Assembly: GCA_025359505.1 (NCBI GenBank)
Contig: JANYHH010000028.1
Coordinates: forward strand, 32-64,031
Length of the DNA: 64,000 bases
Direction: 5' to 3'
From: Deinococcales bacterium
Lineage (GTDB): Bacteria; Deinococcota; Deinococci; Deinococcales; JAAFIG01
This document shows positions 30,224 to 40,322 of the stretch, one piece after another (position 1 is the first letter of the stretch; every line of letters starts with the position of its first letter). The position numbers and the translations under genes were made by a program. The notes below the pieces were generated by a model. It worked only from the letters and a program-made list of their open reading frames with translations, was not told the origin of the DNA and ran no database searches.

Positions 30224-30367
30224 TCAACGGAGCGTCAAATCGCGTCCAAGTCAAATGCCCGAAAACACGAGATGAAACTCGGCGAGCATATTGGCTGGAT
30301 CAAAGGCTCATGGTGCGCTCGAGCTGAGCAGCGATGCGAGCCAGACCTCGAGTGCGAGAACACCCCC

Positions 30368-31765
30368 TCAGATCGTGACGGGGGCGCTGCTGAAGAGGTT
30401 GTTGAGCGATTCCGTCATCGTCGGGTGCGCGAACACGCCCTCGCGGATGGCTGTTGCCGTGACGCCGCCGATCATCGCCATCTGCAAAACCGCCATGACC
30501 TCGCCGCCCTCATAGCCCAGCACGGTCGCGCCCAGAATCAAATCAGTTTGGGCATCCACGACGGCTTTCATCACGCCCGCCGTCTCATTGATCTCAATCG
30601 CCCTTGCGACGCTGGTCATCGGCAGGCGGTAAAGCCGCAATTTGCGTCCGGACGCTCGAGCCTGATCTTCGAACATGCCGACCCTGCCCAGTTGCGGATC
30701 GGTGAACATCGTGTACGGCGCGAGGCGGTCGGTCGTGGTGCGCGTCCCAGCGTGCAGCAACGCGTCCCTGACGATACGGTAATCGTCGTAGGAAATATGC
30801 GTGAAGGCGGGGCCACCCTTGATGTCGCCCAGCGCGTAAATCCCCGCCACATCGGTCTCGAGCGTTGGCTGGACTGGGATAAATCCTCGAGCGTCGGTCT
30901 GTAAGCCCGTGGACTCGAGGTTGAGGCGGTCAGTGTTCGGCGTGCGCCCGATGGCGACGAGCAGGTGCGAACCCGTGAGGCTGCGATCTCCAGCTTCACT
31001 GTGTAACTCGAGGCTGATCTGACCGCTCGAGCTGCGCTGCACGTGCTTGACCTCGCAGCCAGATTCAAAGCTGACGCCCTCGGAGTTCAACACCCGCACG
31101 ATGGCGCTCGAGACGTCCTCGTCCTCGCGCTCGAGCAGGCGCTTGGCGCGTTCGATCACGGTCACGCGGCTGCCGAAGCGGGCGAACATCTGCGCGAATT
31201 CAAAGCCGATGTACCCGCCGCCCAGAATCACCAGATGCTCCGGCACGCTGTCCAGCTCCATGATCGCCGTGGAATCCAGCGCACCGACTTCGCTCAGTCC
31301 TGCAATCTCTGGCACGAACGGGCGCGTGCCCGCGTTGATAAAAATTTTCTCTGCCTCGAGCGTTCGCGTACCACCGCTTTGCAATTGCACCTCGAGCTGC
31401 TTGATGCCCGTGAATTTCGCCTCGCCGAAGATCAGCTCCACACCTTCGATGCGCTCCAAGCTCCCCTGACTGCCCGATCTGAACGACTCAACGATTGCCC
31501 GCTTGCGGCTGCGGACAACCTCGAAATCAACGCTGACCGCGCCGTGCTGCACGCCGTACTCGGCAGCTCGCCGCGCCACGTGCGCGACCCTCGCGCTGGC
31601 GATCATCGTTTTGGTCGGCGTGCAACCCTCGTTGACGCACGTGCCACCGACGTGTTCGCGCTCAATCAGCGCGACTTTCCAGCCCGCTTTGGCGAGTGCC
31701 CCCGCGAGTGGCCCGCCCGCTTGTCCCGCGCCGACCACGATGGCATCAAACTCTGGTTCGCTCAT
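30368..31765 (-). CDS. Pyridine nucleotide-disulfide oxidoreductase (RclA/YkgC-like)
   Basis: GAGQAG, GGTCVNEGCTPTK, GGGYIG, HPT; no MerA C-terminal Cys pair. Confidence 0.9.
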   Translation of the reverse strand: MSEPEFDAIVVGAGQAGGPLAGALAKAGWKVALIEREHVGGTCVNEGCTPTKTMIASARVAHVARRAAEYGVQHGAVSVDFEVVRSRKRAIVESFRSGSQGSLERIEGVELIFGEAKFTGIKQLEVQLQSGGTRTLEAEKIFINAGTRPFVPEIAGLSEVGALDSTAIMELDSVPEHLVILGGGYIGFEFAQMFARFGSRVTVIERAKRLLEREDEDVSSAIVRVLNSEGVSFESGCEVKHVQRSSSGQISLELHSEAGDRSLTGSHLLVAIGRTPNTDRLNLESTGLQTDARGFIPVQPTLETDVAGIYALGDIKGGPAFTHISYDDYRIVRDALLHAGTRTTTDRLAPYTMFTDPQLGRVGMFEDQARASGRKLRLYRLPMTSVARAIEINETAGVMKAVVDAQTDLILGATVLGYEGGEVMAVLQMAMIGGVTATAIREGVFAHPTMTESLNNLFSSAPVTI

Positions 31766-31862
31766 GGATTCAGTATGAAGCCCCCAGCTTGACTAAACCT
31801 GAATGCAGCGGTGTGCGCTGTTTCACGCCCTCGAGCCAGATTGCTTCATATGATGAGCACCA

Positions 31863-33635
31863 ATGACCGCGACCCGCACCCTAACTGCGTTGACCGTGCT
31901 GATCGCCTTGAGCCTCAGTGCCTGCAATTCCACGCCGATCACCGAAGCCCCCGTGAACCCAATGACGCCGCTCGAGGCGCAAACGCAAGCCATGAAACTC
32001 TGGCGCGACGATGACCGCGCACAACACCCAAAAGGGTCATGCAGCGGCTGCCACGGCGCGGACTTTTACGATCTGGCGCGGATCGGCTCTACTCAAGTAG
32101 ACATTCTGCGCCGCGCCAAGATCGACGGCGCGACCGCGCAGGAAGCGGCTGCGCTCGCCCAAGCAATCCAGCAGATTCGCGCTCGAGACAGCCTACCGCT
32201 CGAGAACCCCCGCACCTTCCGCCCGTTCCAGCCCGGCGGCGCGGTGCTGGCTGGTTTGACGCCACTCGAGCGCGACATCAACTTCGCACGCGAATTAGAG
32301 CCACTGCTGCCGACCCTGTTTGGGACGCGCATCGATTCGCTCGAGGCAGCTAAAAAAGCTCGCGCTGAGCTGATGGATTTAATCAAAGGCGAAAACGCGG
32401 GCGGCGCGAACTCAAGCCGCATGAACCTGCGCTCTTTGCCAACGGGCATTCAGTACCCGCTGTGGTCGGCTGATCTGGCGCAAGGTGAGTCCGAAGGCAC
32501 GCTCAACGACTGGCTGGCGGACATCGCGCTGGATGCGACGCCGGAATTTAAGACGCAGTGGCACGCCTTGCAAGACGCGTACCTTGGCAATTCCAGCGAC
32601 GAAAACTTCTGGAAAATGTACGCGGCCGTGCCGCAAATGACAGCCACCAAACCGTTCGAGCGCTGCACCATCGGCGGCATCAACCCGAACCTCGCGTGCG
32701 GCGCGGTCGACGATTTCGCGCTGCACAAGCTCCGCAGCGCGATGATCGGGCAGCATTTGATGCGAACTCAGCACGCGGCTCGGGCGGGTTTCGCGCAAGG
32801 GCCGCTGGCGTTCTCGTATCTGGACAACGCCAGTTACATTGCTAAAAGCGATTTCCTGTCCGGCGGGGACATGTGGGAAATCGGCGACAGCGCCCGCACG
32901 ATGATGGACGAAAACCAAAACGCGGGCAGCTTGCGCGTGACCCTCGAGCGGCTGGGCTTGCCGAAATTCGTGCGTGAGAGCGTGTCTGCGATCACCAGTG
33001 TCAGCGCAGAGCAGCAGCGCTTGCGTCTGACGTGGTTCTGGATTGGCTTCACCTTTGAACCGAGCTTCGCCCGCATCAGCGGCAGCAACTCGACCAAAGT
33101 CGGTGAGTACATGGTCGGCAGCTTGATCGACGAGAACATGCACCTCCACAACGCGTTCTCGCAAAACGTGCGCTTGATCGCCAAGGGTTATCTGCCCGAG
33201 GCGAACGTCAAAACAAGCGGCAGTAAACTCACCCTCGAGACGCCGGCTTTTTTGATGAATTACGGGTACTTCATCGGGTACGGCCGCCCCGTACTGCACT
33301 GGAACGAAGACCGCAAGAACCCACTGCCTGTAGCGCTCAAACTCGAGCAGGAAGGCTTGTGGCAGCGCTTCGTCGGCAACGGTTTTCGCATGAGCATGTA
33401 CTTGCAAATGGATAGTTTAGACACGGCGGATGCCGCAACCAAGGCCAAGTTGCTCGAGAATCTGCGTGTGACCACGGCAGGCGTGACGACGCAGAAATGG
33501 GGCGCAGACGCGATCAAACCGTTTTTTGACACCTATGAACCCAAGTACGATTCGTACACGCCGCTCGAGTACCGCGCCGATCTGGATTTGATGAACGCGC
33601 TGAACGCCAAAATCGGCGTCAGCAGCAGCTACTGA
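31863..33635 (+). CDS. Uncharacterised lipoprotein with one c-type heme motif
   Basis: Lipobox LSAC followed by CSGCH; the rest is unrecognised. Confidence 0.75.
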   Translation: MTATRTLTALTVLIALSLSACNSTPITEAPVNPMTPLEAQTQAMKLWRDDDRAQHPKGSCSGCHGADFYDLARIGSTQVDILRRAKIDGATAQEAAALAQAIQQIRARDSLPLENPRTFRPFQPGGAVLAGLTPLERDINFARELEPLLPTLFGTRIDSLEAAKKARAELMDLIKGENAGGANSSRMNLRSLPTGIQYPLWSADLAQGESEGTLNDWLADIALDATPEFKTQWHALQDAYLGNSSDENFWKMYAAVPQMTATKPFERCTIGGINPNLACGAVDDFALHKLRSAMIGQHLMRTQHAARAGFAQGPLAFSYLDNASYIAKSDFLSGGDMWEIGDSARTMMDENQNAGSLRVTLERLGLPKFVRESVSAITSVSAEQQRLRLTWFWIGFTFEPSFARISGSNSTKVGEYMVGSLIDENMHLHNAFSQNVRLIAKGYLPEANVKTSGSKLTLETPAFLMNYGYFIGYGRPVLHWNEDRKNPLPVALKLEQEGLWQRFVGNGFRMSMYLQMDSLDTADAATKAKLLENLRVTTAGVTTQKWGADAIKPFFDTYEPKYDSYTPLEYRADLDLMNALNAKIGVSSSY

Positions 33636-33659
33636 GCAGCTCGAGGGTAAAATCTGCAC

Positions 33660-34151
33660 ATGGAACTCGAGATTCGCCGCGCCACGCCCCGAGACCTCGA
33701 GCCGATGCTCGAGTGGCGCGGGGGTGGCGAAGCAATGAAGACCGCGCTGAGCGCCGAGTTCGCGGCGCAGATATTCGGCGAGCGCACGATTCTGATTGCG
33801 TTCGATCCGCCCGAACAACAAGTCGGAACGGTTCAGCTCGTGCGAAATCACCAAGATCCAGACCTGAGCAACGTCACCAGCGTTTACCTTCAAGGGTTGG
33901 AAGTCCTCGGGACTCACCGAGGACGCGGCGTGGGAACGGCACTAATTCGTGCGCTCGAGTCGCAGGCGGTATTGCTCGGGTGCTCGAGGGTGACGCTGAT
34001 GGTCGACTCAGACAATGCGCCCGCGTTGGCGCTGTACAGGAAGCTCGGATATCAGAAGTTCAAGCGAGCGCTCGACGTTTGGGACGGGCAAACGTACACC
34101 GTGGACTGTTTTGAGAAGAATCTGGACAGCGCGACGGCTGACACCCGTTAA
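33660..34151 (+). CDS. GNAT acetyltransferase
   Basis: HRGRGVG and NAPALALYRKLGY. Confidence 0.88.
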   Translation: MELEIRRATPRDLEPMLEWRGGGEAMKTALSAEFAAQIFGERTILIAFDPPEQQVGTVQLVRNHQDPDLSNVTSVYLQGLEVLGTHRGRGVGTALIRALESQAVLLGCSRVTLMVDSDNAPALALYRKLGYQKFKRALDVWDGQTYTVDCFEKNLDSATADTR

Positions 34152-34161
34152 CCGTCTCGAG

Positions 34162-34971
34162 CTACTCGTCTCGAGCAGCGTGTCTCTGGCGCGGGTCGAG
34201 CTGGACGCGCAAAGCCTCGCCGCAGGCGTTGATGCTCAGCACCAGCAGCGTCAGCGCCGCGCCGGGCAAGAGGCTCAACCACCACTGCCCGCTGTAGAGC
34301 CGCCCATACCCCAGCGCGATGCTCGAGCCGAGACTTGGCGTGTCCACTCCTGTTCCCAAACCGAGAAACGACAGCGCGGCTTCGCTGAGCATATTCGCGG
34401 GAATCTCGAGCGTGAACTTGACGATCAATGCGCCCATAATGCCGGGCAAGACGTGCCGCACGATGATGAGGCGCATTCCAGCCCCGAGCGCCTGCGCCGC
34501 CAGCACATGCTCCAACGAGCGCTGAGACAGCGCTCCGGCTCGAGCCAGCCGCGCAAACCCAGCCCAACTGGTCAGCCCCAAGACGACGATCAATTTGTCC
34601 AAACCTGTTCCCCACAAGGCCAACACGACCAGCGCGACCAGCATCCCCGGCAAGGAGAGTCCAACATCCACCGCCCGCATCACCAGCCGCTCGAGCCAGC
34701 CGCCGCTGTAACCGGCCAGCAAGCCGAGCGGAATGCCGATTCCCGCGCCGATCAGACTCGAGGCGATCCCGACCAGCAAGGAGACGCGCAAACCGTGCAG
34801 CGTCAGGCTCAGCACGTCGCGCCCCAGTGCATCTGTGCCAAGCAGATGTGTCAGGCTCGAGAGCGGCGGCAGCAGCGCACTGCCCAGATCCTGCGCTCGA
34901 GGGTCGGGGGTGAAGAGCGGCGCGAACACGGCGAGCAGCGCGATTGCCGCTAGCCCCCACCATGCCTTCAC
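34162..34971 (-). CDS. Peptide/nickel ABC permease (DppC-like)
   Basis: HLLGTDALGRD, RHVLP, EAALSFLGLG. Confidence 0.92.
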   Translation of the reverse strand: MKAWWGLAAIALLAVFAPLFTPDPRAQDLGSALLPPLSSLTHLLGTDALGRDVLSLTLHGLRVSLLVGIASSLIGAGIGIPLGLLAGYSGGWLERLVMRAVDVGLSLPGMLVALVVLALWGTGLDKLIVVLGLTSWAGFARLARAGALSQRSLEHVLAAQALGAGMRLIIVRHVLPGIMGALIVKFTLEIPANMLSEAALSFLGLGTGVDTPSLGSSIALGYGRLYSGQWWLSLLPGAALTLLVLSINACGEALRVQLDPRQRHAARDE

Positions 34972-35882
34972 GCGTACCTCACTCGAGGGTCGACCAGCCC
35001 GTACAGCGCGTCGGTCAGCAAGTTCAAGCCCAGCACCGTGCCGCTCGAGATCAAGGTGTACGCCAGAATCAACGGGTAATCCAATCGCGTCAGCCCCTCG
35101 AGCGCGAGGCGGTTGATGCCGGGCAGCGCGAACAGCGTCTCAGAAATGACCGTACCAGACAGCAAGCTGCCCAGTTGCAAGCCCAGAATGGTGATGAATG
35201 GCAGCAATGCGTTCCTGAGCGCGTGACCGTACAAAATCGCACCCGAGGGCAAACCTTTGGCGCGGGCGGTGCGGATGAAATCCTCGGGCAGCACCTCGAG
35301 CAGACCAGCGCGGATGTAGCGCGTGAACAGCGCGACTCTGGGAATGCTCAAAGTCAACGCGGGCAAGATGAAATGCGTCCAGTCGCTCGCACCCTGCGAC
35401 GGCAGCACGCGCCACTGCACCGCGAAGACGAAAATCAACACGATGCCGATGAAGAACGTCGGGGCGCTGACCGCGACGGCGCTGCCAGTCAGAATCGCAC
35501 GCTCGAGCCTAGCGCCGTGGCGGGCGGCGGCGATCACGCCAAGCGGCACGCCGATCAGCAAGGAGAGCGTCAGCGACACGGCAACCAGCAACAGTGTTAT
35601 CGGTAGGCGCTCGAGCAGCAGCGGCAAGGCAGGGCGGTCGAAGACGAAACTCTTGCCAAGGTTTCCCTCGAGTACGCCGATCAAGTAACGCCCGTAGCGC
35701 TCGAGCGGCGCGGCGTCGAGTCCCAAGCTCTGCTCGAGCGCCAGCCGTTCCTGTGATGTGGCGCTGTCAGACACCAGCAGCGAGATTGGATCGCCCGCGA
35801 GGTTGATGCCGACGAAGGTTAGCGTCAGAATCAACCACAGCGTCAGCAGCGTTTGACCGACTCGAGTGAGGAGGTACGTCAA
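34968..35882 (-). CDS. Peptide/nickel ABC permease (DppB-like)
   Basis: GNLGKSF, FIRTARAKGL, HALRNA, ETLFALPG. Confidence 0.92.
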   Translation of the reverse strand: MTYLLTRVGQTLLTLWLILTLTFVGINLAGDPISLLVSDSATSQERLALEQSLGLDAAPLERYGRYLIGVLEGNLGKSFVFDRPALPLLLERLPITLLLVAVSLTLSLLIGVPLGVIAAARHGARLERAILTGSAVAVSAPTFFIGIVLIFVFAVQWRVLPSQGASDWTHFILPALTLSIPRVALFTRYIRAGLLEVLPEDFIRTARAKGLPSGAILYGHALRNALLPFITILGLQLGSLLSGTVISETLFALPGINRLALEGLTRLDYPLILAYTLISSGTVLGLNLLTDALYGLVDPRVRYA

Positions 35883-36775
35883 AACTCGATGCCCTTGAGC
35901 GCGAGCCGCCGCAGATCATGCGACCAGCCCCACGATGCGTCCTCCAGCGACCACGACAAGCTCAGCAGCGCGTGCAGTTGGACGAAAGTTTGCAGCCGCT
36001 CGAGGTTCAGTGTTTGATGGCGCTCGTAGCCGCGTCTGAAACCCTCGAGATGGGTGGAGAGGTTGGGAAACGGGCCAGCCTCGTCTCGAGACATCGCCCG
36101 CGCCACGTCGTACTCGGGCCACGCGAGTACAGGTTCATCAAAGTCAATCATCCAAACTTTCACACTGTCCCAGACGGCATTGGCGGGTCTGAAATCGCCG
36201 TGACAAGTCAGCATCTCGGACATCGGCAAGCCCTCGAGCCACGGTGTCAAACGCTGGTAGACCTCGAGCAGCTCGGCATCGTTTCGCACGGTCTGCTCAA
36301 TCTTGCGCCAGAAGGTTCGCAAGCTAAAGCGCTCTGGCAGCATCGCGCCGCTCGAGGTCATCACGGCTCGAGGTTCGTAACCTGCGCTGGCTTTGTGCAG
36401 CCGACCTGCCGCCGCGCCCCACAGCTCAAGTTGAGTGTCGGTGATCGCGTCCCCGAGTGATTGCCCGTTGATCCCAGTCCAAACGGTCGCCAGCCAATCG
36501 CCATCGCGCTCGATCAAACAACCAGCATTCGACTCGAGCGCCCCCGACACATTCGCGCCGTTCGCCGCTAGCCACCGCGCCCAGTCCACGCCCGCCGCGA
36601 CAAGTTCCATGTCCCGCAAATTCGAGCGAACCAAGCGCAAGTAATGCCCGCTGCTCAAGCGGTAGACGAGATTCGCACTGACACCCACGCGCTCGAGAAC
36701 CGTGTCATCCCACAGACTCGCCGCTCGAGCCGCCGTGTCCTGCGGTAAATCCGCGAGGGTCTGCGCCCAAGTCAA
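35879..36775 (-). CDS. APH/homoserine kinase type II-like phosphotransferase
   Basis: CHGDFRPAN and IDFD motifs. Confidence 0.85.
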   Translation of the reverse strand: MTWAQTLADLPQDTAARAASLWDDTVLERVGVSANLVYRLSSGHYLRLVRSNLRDMELVAAGVDWARWLAANGANVSGALESNAGCLIERDGDWLATVWTGINGQSLGDAITDTQLELWGAAAGRLHKASAGYEPRAVMTSSGAMLPERFSLRTFWRKIEQTVRNDAELLEVYQRLTPWLEGLPMSEMLTCHGDFRPANAVWDSVKVWMIDFDEPVLAWPEYDVARAMSRDEAGPFPNLSTHLEGFRRGYERHQTLNLERLQTFVQLHALLSLSWSLEDASWGWSHDLRRLALKGIEF

Positions 36776-37182
36776 TGCTTCACCAACCGCCAGCGCCCTC
36801 CGCCCAAGTCAGCGGCTGACCCTCGAGCCTCGAGTTGCTTTAAAACCTCGAGCGCCGCTGACTGATCGAGCAATGTGGCATTGGTGATTTGCTCCACGGT
36901 CAACTCATTACCGTTGCGATACGCGAGGCGCAAAATCGCCCGCTCTCCCCTGTCCGAACGTGGGCTGTCCGTTTGCCGCGTTTCGATGCGCCTGAACAGC
37001 AAAAACGCGCCGAATCCCGCAGCGACCGCCACCAGCACCTCGAGCCACCACAGGCGGAAGCCGAAAGTCGTCATGCCCAGCAGTCTCGAGCCGATGATGC
37101 TCAGCACGCCTAGGCAGGCGTAACCAAAGCCGATGCCGAGCGCGATGGAGACCGCAATGGCTGGAATTCTCTGCATCATCAC
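36772..37182 (-). CDS. Membrane protein with a C-terminal winged-helix-like domain
   Basis: Two hydrophobic helices, then AILRLA...LTVEQI...VLKQLEARG; coupled to both neighbours. Confidence 0.65.
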   Translation of the reverse strand: MMMQRIPAIAVSIALGIGFGYACLGVLSIIGSRLLGMTTFGFRLWWLEVLVAVAAGFGAFLLFRRIETRQTDSPRSDRGERAILRLAYRNGNELTVEQITNATLLDQSAALEVLKQLEARGSAADLGGGRWRLVKH

Positions 37183-38543
37183 CCCATTGACGCGCTCGAG
37201 GTTACGGGTGAGAACGGCTGCATCGGCGCGAAACTCACTTGCCGCACGGTTTGCGTGACCTCACCGAACAGCATGTGCGGCGTGGCGTGCGTGATTTTGG
37301 CTTTGTAAATCCCCGCGATCGGCGCTTGACCCGCTGGCAGTAAAACCGTGTGATGCCCGCTCGAGTGCCCCTCCATGAACGACGGTTCATAAGCGGGCCC
37401 GCGCATCAGCACCTCGAATTCCTTGCCGACCAGCGCCGTGTTTTTCAGTTGCGACCAGTGTTTCTGACGCTCGATCAGGCGCTGCAAGCGTTCGACCTTG
37501 ACCTCTTTGGGCAGGTCGTCAAAGTGTGCGTAGCTGGGCGTGCCGGGGCGGGCGCTGTAGAGGTACATGTAGGCTTGGTCGTAGCCAACCGCGTCGTACA
37601 GCTCCAAGGTCTGCTGAAAGTCACTTTCGGTCTCGCCCGCAAAGCCGACGATCAGATCGGTCGTGATGAAAACCTCGGGCATCACGCTTCGCATCCGTTC
37701 AATCCGCTCGAGATACCACTGAGCCGTGTACTCGCGCCCCATGCGTTTCAGCACGCGGTCACTGCCGCTCTGCACGGGCAGGTGAATGTACTTGCAGACA
37801 TTGGCGGTCTGCGCGATCACGTCGATGATCTCGTCGGTGAAATCCATCGGGTGCGAAGTCGTGAACTTGACTCGAGGAATGCCGCTGCGCCCCACGCGAC
37901 GCAGCAACTCGGCGAAGCTCGGAAAACCAGCGCGGTCAAGTCCGTAAGAGTTGACGTTCTGCCCCAGCAAATTCACCTCGAGCGATCCCGCCGCGACGAT
38001 TCCCTCGAGTTCTTTGAGGATGTCGTCAGGATCGCGGCTGACCTGCGGGCCACGCGTTTGCGGCACGATGCAATACGTGCAGTGATGATCGCAACCGCGC
38101 TGAATCGTCAGCATCGCACTCAACCTGCCCTGCGGTGGCGGCGCGATGAAGCTGTTGATGTCGTCCTTGAACGCCAGATTCCAGAATTTGCCGTTGCCCT
38201 CGAGCGCCCGCCCAATGTCCAGCAAGGCTCCGGGCCCAAGCAGCACGTCGACCTCGTACTTCTTGGCGATCTGCTGCCCTTCTTCTAACTGCGCCAAACA
38301 GCCCATCATCCCGAGCATCAAGCCCTTCGAGTGCTTGAGTTTACGCAGATCCCCAAAAACGGATTTGACCTTATCGACCGGCTTGCCGCGCACCGCGCAG
38401 GTGTTGACCAGCACGAAATCAGCCTCGTCGACGCTTCGCACCATCTCAGCACCCAGCGCCACGAGCTGCGACTCCACCAGATGCGAGTCGTACTCGTTCA
38501 TCTGGCAGCCGTGAGTAATCATGTGAACACGCGTAAAAACCAC
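37179..38543 (-). CDS. miaB: tRNA-2-methylthio-N6-dimethylallyladenosine synthase
   Basis: [23 protein letters not shown] radical SAM motif, [12 protein letters not shown] domain; probable start GTG38543. Confidence 0.95.
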   Translation of the reverse strand: MVFTRVHMITHGCQMNEYDSHLVESQLVALGAEMVRSVDEADFVLVNTCAVRGKPVDKVKSVFGDLRKLKHSKGLMLGMMGCLAQLEEGQQIAKKYEVDVLLGPGALLDIGRALEGNGKFWNLAFKDDINSFIAPPPQGRLSAMLTIQRGCDHHCTYCIVPQTRGPQVSRDPDDILKELEGIVAAGSLEVNLLGQNVNSYGLDRAGFPSFAELLRRVGRSGIPRVKFTTSHPMDFTDEIIDVIAQTANVCKYIHLPVQSGSDRVLKRMGREYTAQWYLERIERMRSVMPEVFITTDLIVGFAGETESDFQQTLELYDAVGYDQAYMYLYSARPGTPSYAHFDDLPKEVKVERLQRLIERQKHWSQLKNTALVGKEFEVLMRGPAYEPSFMEGHSSGHHTVLLPAGQAPIAGIYKAKITHATPHMLFGEVTQTVRQVSFAPMQPFSPVTSSASMG

Positions 38544-38630
38544 CTGCCTCGAAGGGTATTTTACGCCCTCGAGCTGGGCGTGACATCCCGAGGCTCGAGG
38601 GGGGATGAGGCTGCGTGCTAAACTGCTCAT

Positions 38631-38819
38631 ATGACGGCAATTCGCAAACCCACAAGCGAAAAAACGGGCGCACCAACATCGGCAAAGAAACCCGCTCGTA
38701 AAGCGGTGCGTAAAAACGTTAAAAGCGAGTCTCCGACATCATGGGCTGATGCTCGCAAAATGATGGGAGATTTGATTAAACAAAACTCCAAAGCGCTGAA
38801 AAAACTAGCGAGGCTGTGA
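38631..38819 (+). CDS. Small putative antitoxin (62 aa)
   Basis: Leaderless TAAACT-6nt-ATG; directly upstream of the doc-like gene; C-terminal amphipathic helix. Confidence 0.6.
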   Translation: MTAIRKPTSEKTGAPTSAKKPARKAVRKNVKSESPTSWADARKMMGDLIKQNSKALKKLARL

Positions 38820-39266
38820 GTGAACGACCCGACTTCCAACCGCGCTGATTTCCGGCATCGCGGGATGAAGTTTCCGACGGTGCGAGCTGTGAACGAGTTG
38901 CACGATGGCATTCTGCTCTAAAGCAGCGGCTTGGCAGGCGTGAAGAACGCGGGATTGCTCGAGAGCGCCGTGCGTAAAGTTGTCGTCACCGCAGGAGGTG
39001 AGGACGCTTACGCGGGGCTGTACTGTAAAGCCGCCGCCGTTGGATTCAGCATCATTCAGAATCAGGTGTTTAACGACGCCAATAAACGCACTGGCCTGTT
39101 GACCATGCTCTACATCTTGCGTTTGAACGGCGTGCGCGTCAAACCATCCGAGGACGCCTCGAGTACATTGGCGATTCTGATTGCGACGGGGCATCTGAAC
39201 ATTGATGGCATCAGAGCGGCATTGCTGCACTGGGCGGGCGAAAACCCGAGCAGCACGACACTTTAA
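38820..39266 (+). pseudogene. Doc/Fic-family toxin with an in-frame stop
   Basis: ELHDGILL*SSGLAGVKNAGLLESA with TAA at 38919-38921; Fic motif reads QVFNDANKR (His replaced by Gln). Confidence 0.8.
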
Positions 39267-39304
39267 GGTTCAAGCGCTGTAATCCTCGAGCGTTGGCTCA
39301 CACA

Positions 39305-40261
39305 TCACGCCGCTTTTTTCTTCGGTTTCTTCACGCCCGCGATCTCTAATGTATACGCGCACGGCGCGGGTTTGTGCGTGACGATCAGCTCGTGCAATAA
39401 GTCAACGGGCACGACCGTGCCTTCGGGCGGGTTGATGCGAACTTTGAAGGTGAACGGTTGCTTATCGTCGGTCGTGATCTGCGGCGTCAAACCCGTACAC
39501 AACTCAATTGCTCGAGACAACCCATATTCAGTGCCGCGCCAACGCACCAAATCCATCGCCTCGAGCAAAACCCGTCTACGCCGCGCTTCGGGCCAGTGTG
39601 CGGGCGCGGGGAAGCCCAGCCACTGACTGATCGGCGCGAGCATCTGCACGGGCGCAGTGCGCGGGTCAAAATACATGGCGATGTGATCCTGCCGCCACTC
39701 GAGCGGCTCCCAGATCGTTTCAAAGATCATTAAAAAACGGTGCAAGAAGTCCGTGCCGTGGAAAATCGCGGGCAGGTCGCGCATGTACAGCGCACCGGGC
39801 CCCTTGGCTTTCGGGGCTGGGTACAGCGCAATCGCGGGCGGGAGCGGCGCGGCCGCGGGCGGCGGCGTGTAAGGTTCTTCTGGCAGTTCCGCCTCGAGTT
39901 CAGCTTTGGGGAGCGGCTGAAGCTCCTTGACGTTTGGTGTGCCCTCGCCCGGCTCGTAACTGAGCACGTAAGGCCCAATCTGGATCGGTAATCCGGGCAG
40001 CAGCGGATACGGGCGGTCTGGCTCGAGCTTGTTGCCCGCGACGAACGTGCCTTTTTCGCTGGATAAATCAACGATCACCGGGCCAGTGGGCGTCATGCTG
40101 ATCTCGGCGTGTTTGCGGCTGACGCCGGGTAAGCCGAGCGGCAGGTTGTTCTCAGCGCTTCTCCCAATGGTCAGCACGTCCTCTAAGGCTGTGGTGAACA
40201 CGACTTGACCCTGAAATTGCACGATGATCTGCGCGGGCTTCGCCACGTTTAGCGCCTCCAA
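39305..40261 (-). CDS. FHA domain fused to a phage-tail/baseplate wedge (P2 gpI-like) protein
   Basis: FHA motifs IGRS...VSRKHA...DLSSEKGTFV; Pro-rich linker; LPAIF...FLHRFL...FDPRTAP...WRGT...HKPA. Confidence 0.85.
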   Translation of the reverse strand: MEALNVAKPAQIIVQFQGQVVFTTALEDVLTIGRSAENNLPLGLPGVSRKHAEISMTPTGPVIVDLSSEKGTFVAGNKLEPDRPYPLLPGLPIQIGPYVLSYEPGEGTPNVKELQPLPKAELEAELPEEPYTPPPAAAPLPPAIALYPAPKAKGPGALYMRDLPAIFHGTDFLHRFLMIFETIWEPLEWRQDHIAMYFDPRTAPVQMLAPISQWLGFPAPAHWPEARRRRVLLEAMDLVRWRGTEYGLSRAIELCTGLTPQITTDDKQPFTFKVRINPPEGTVVPVDLLHELIVTHKPAPCAYTLEIAGVKKPKKKAA

Positions 40262-40322
40262 TCAGATAGCTCGAGGTCACATTTTTGATGCTGACATTGC
40301 CTCGAGCCTCGAGTCCGTCTCA

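Noticed and set aside
30368-31765. Mercuric reductase MerA
   Set aside because: No N-terminal metal-binding domain, no C-terminal Cys-Cys pair and no mer operon.
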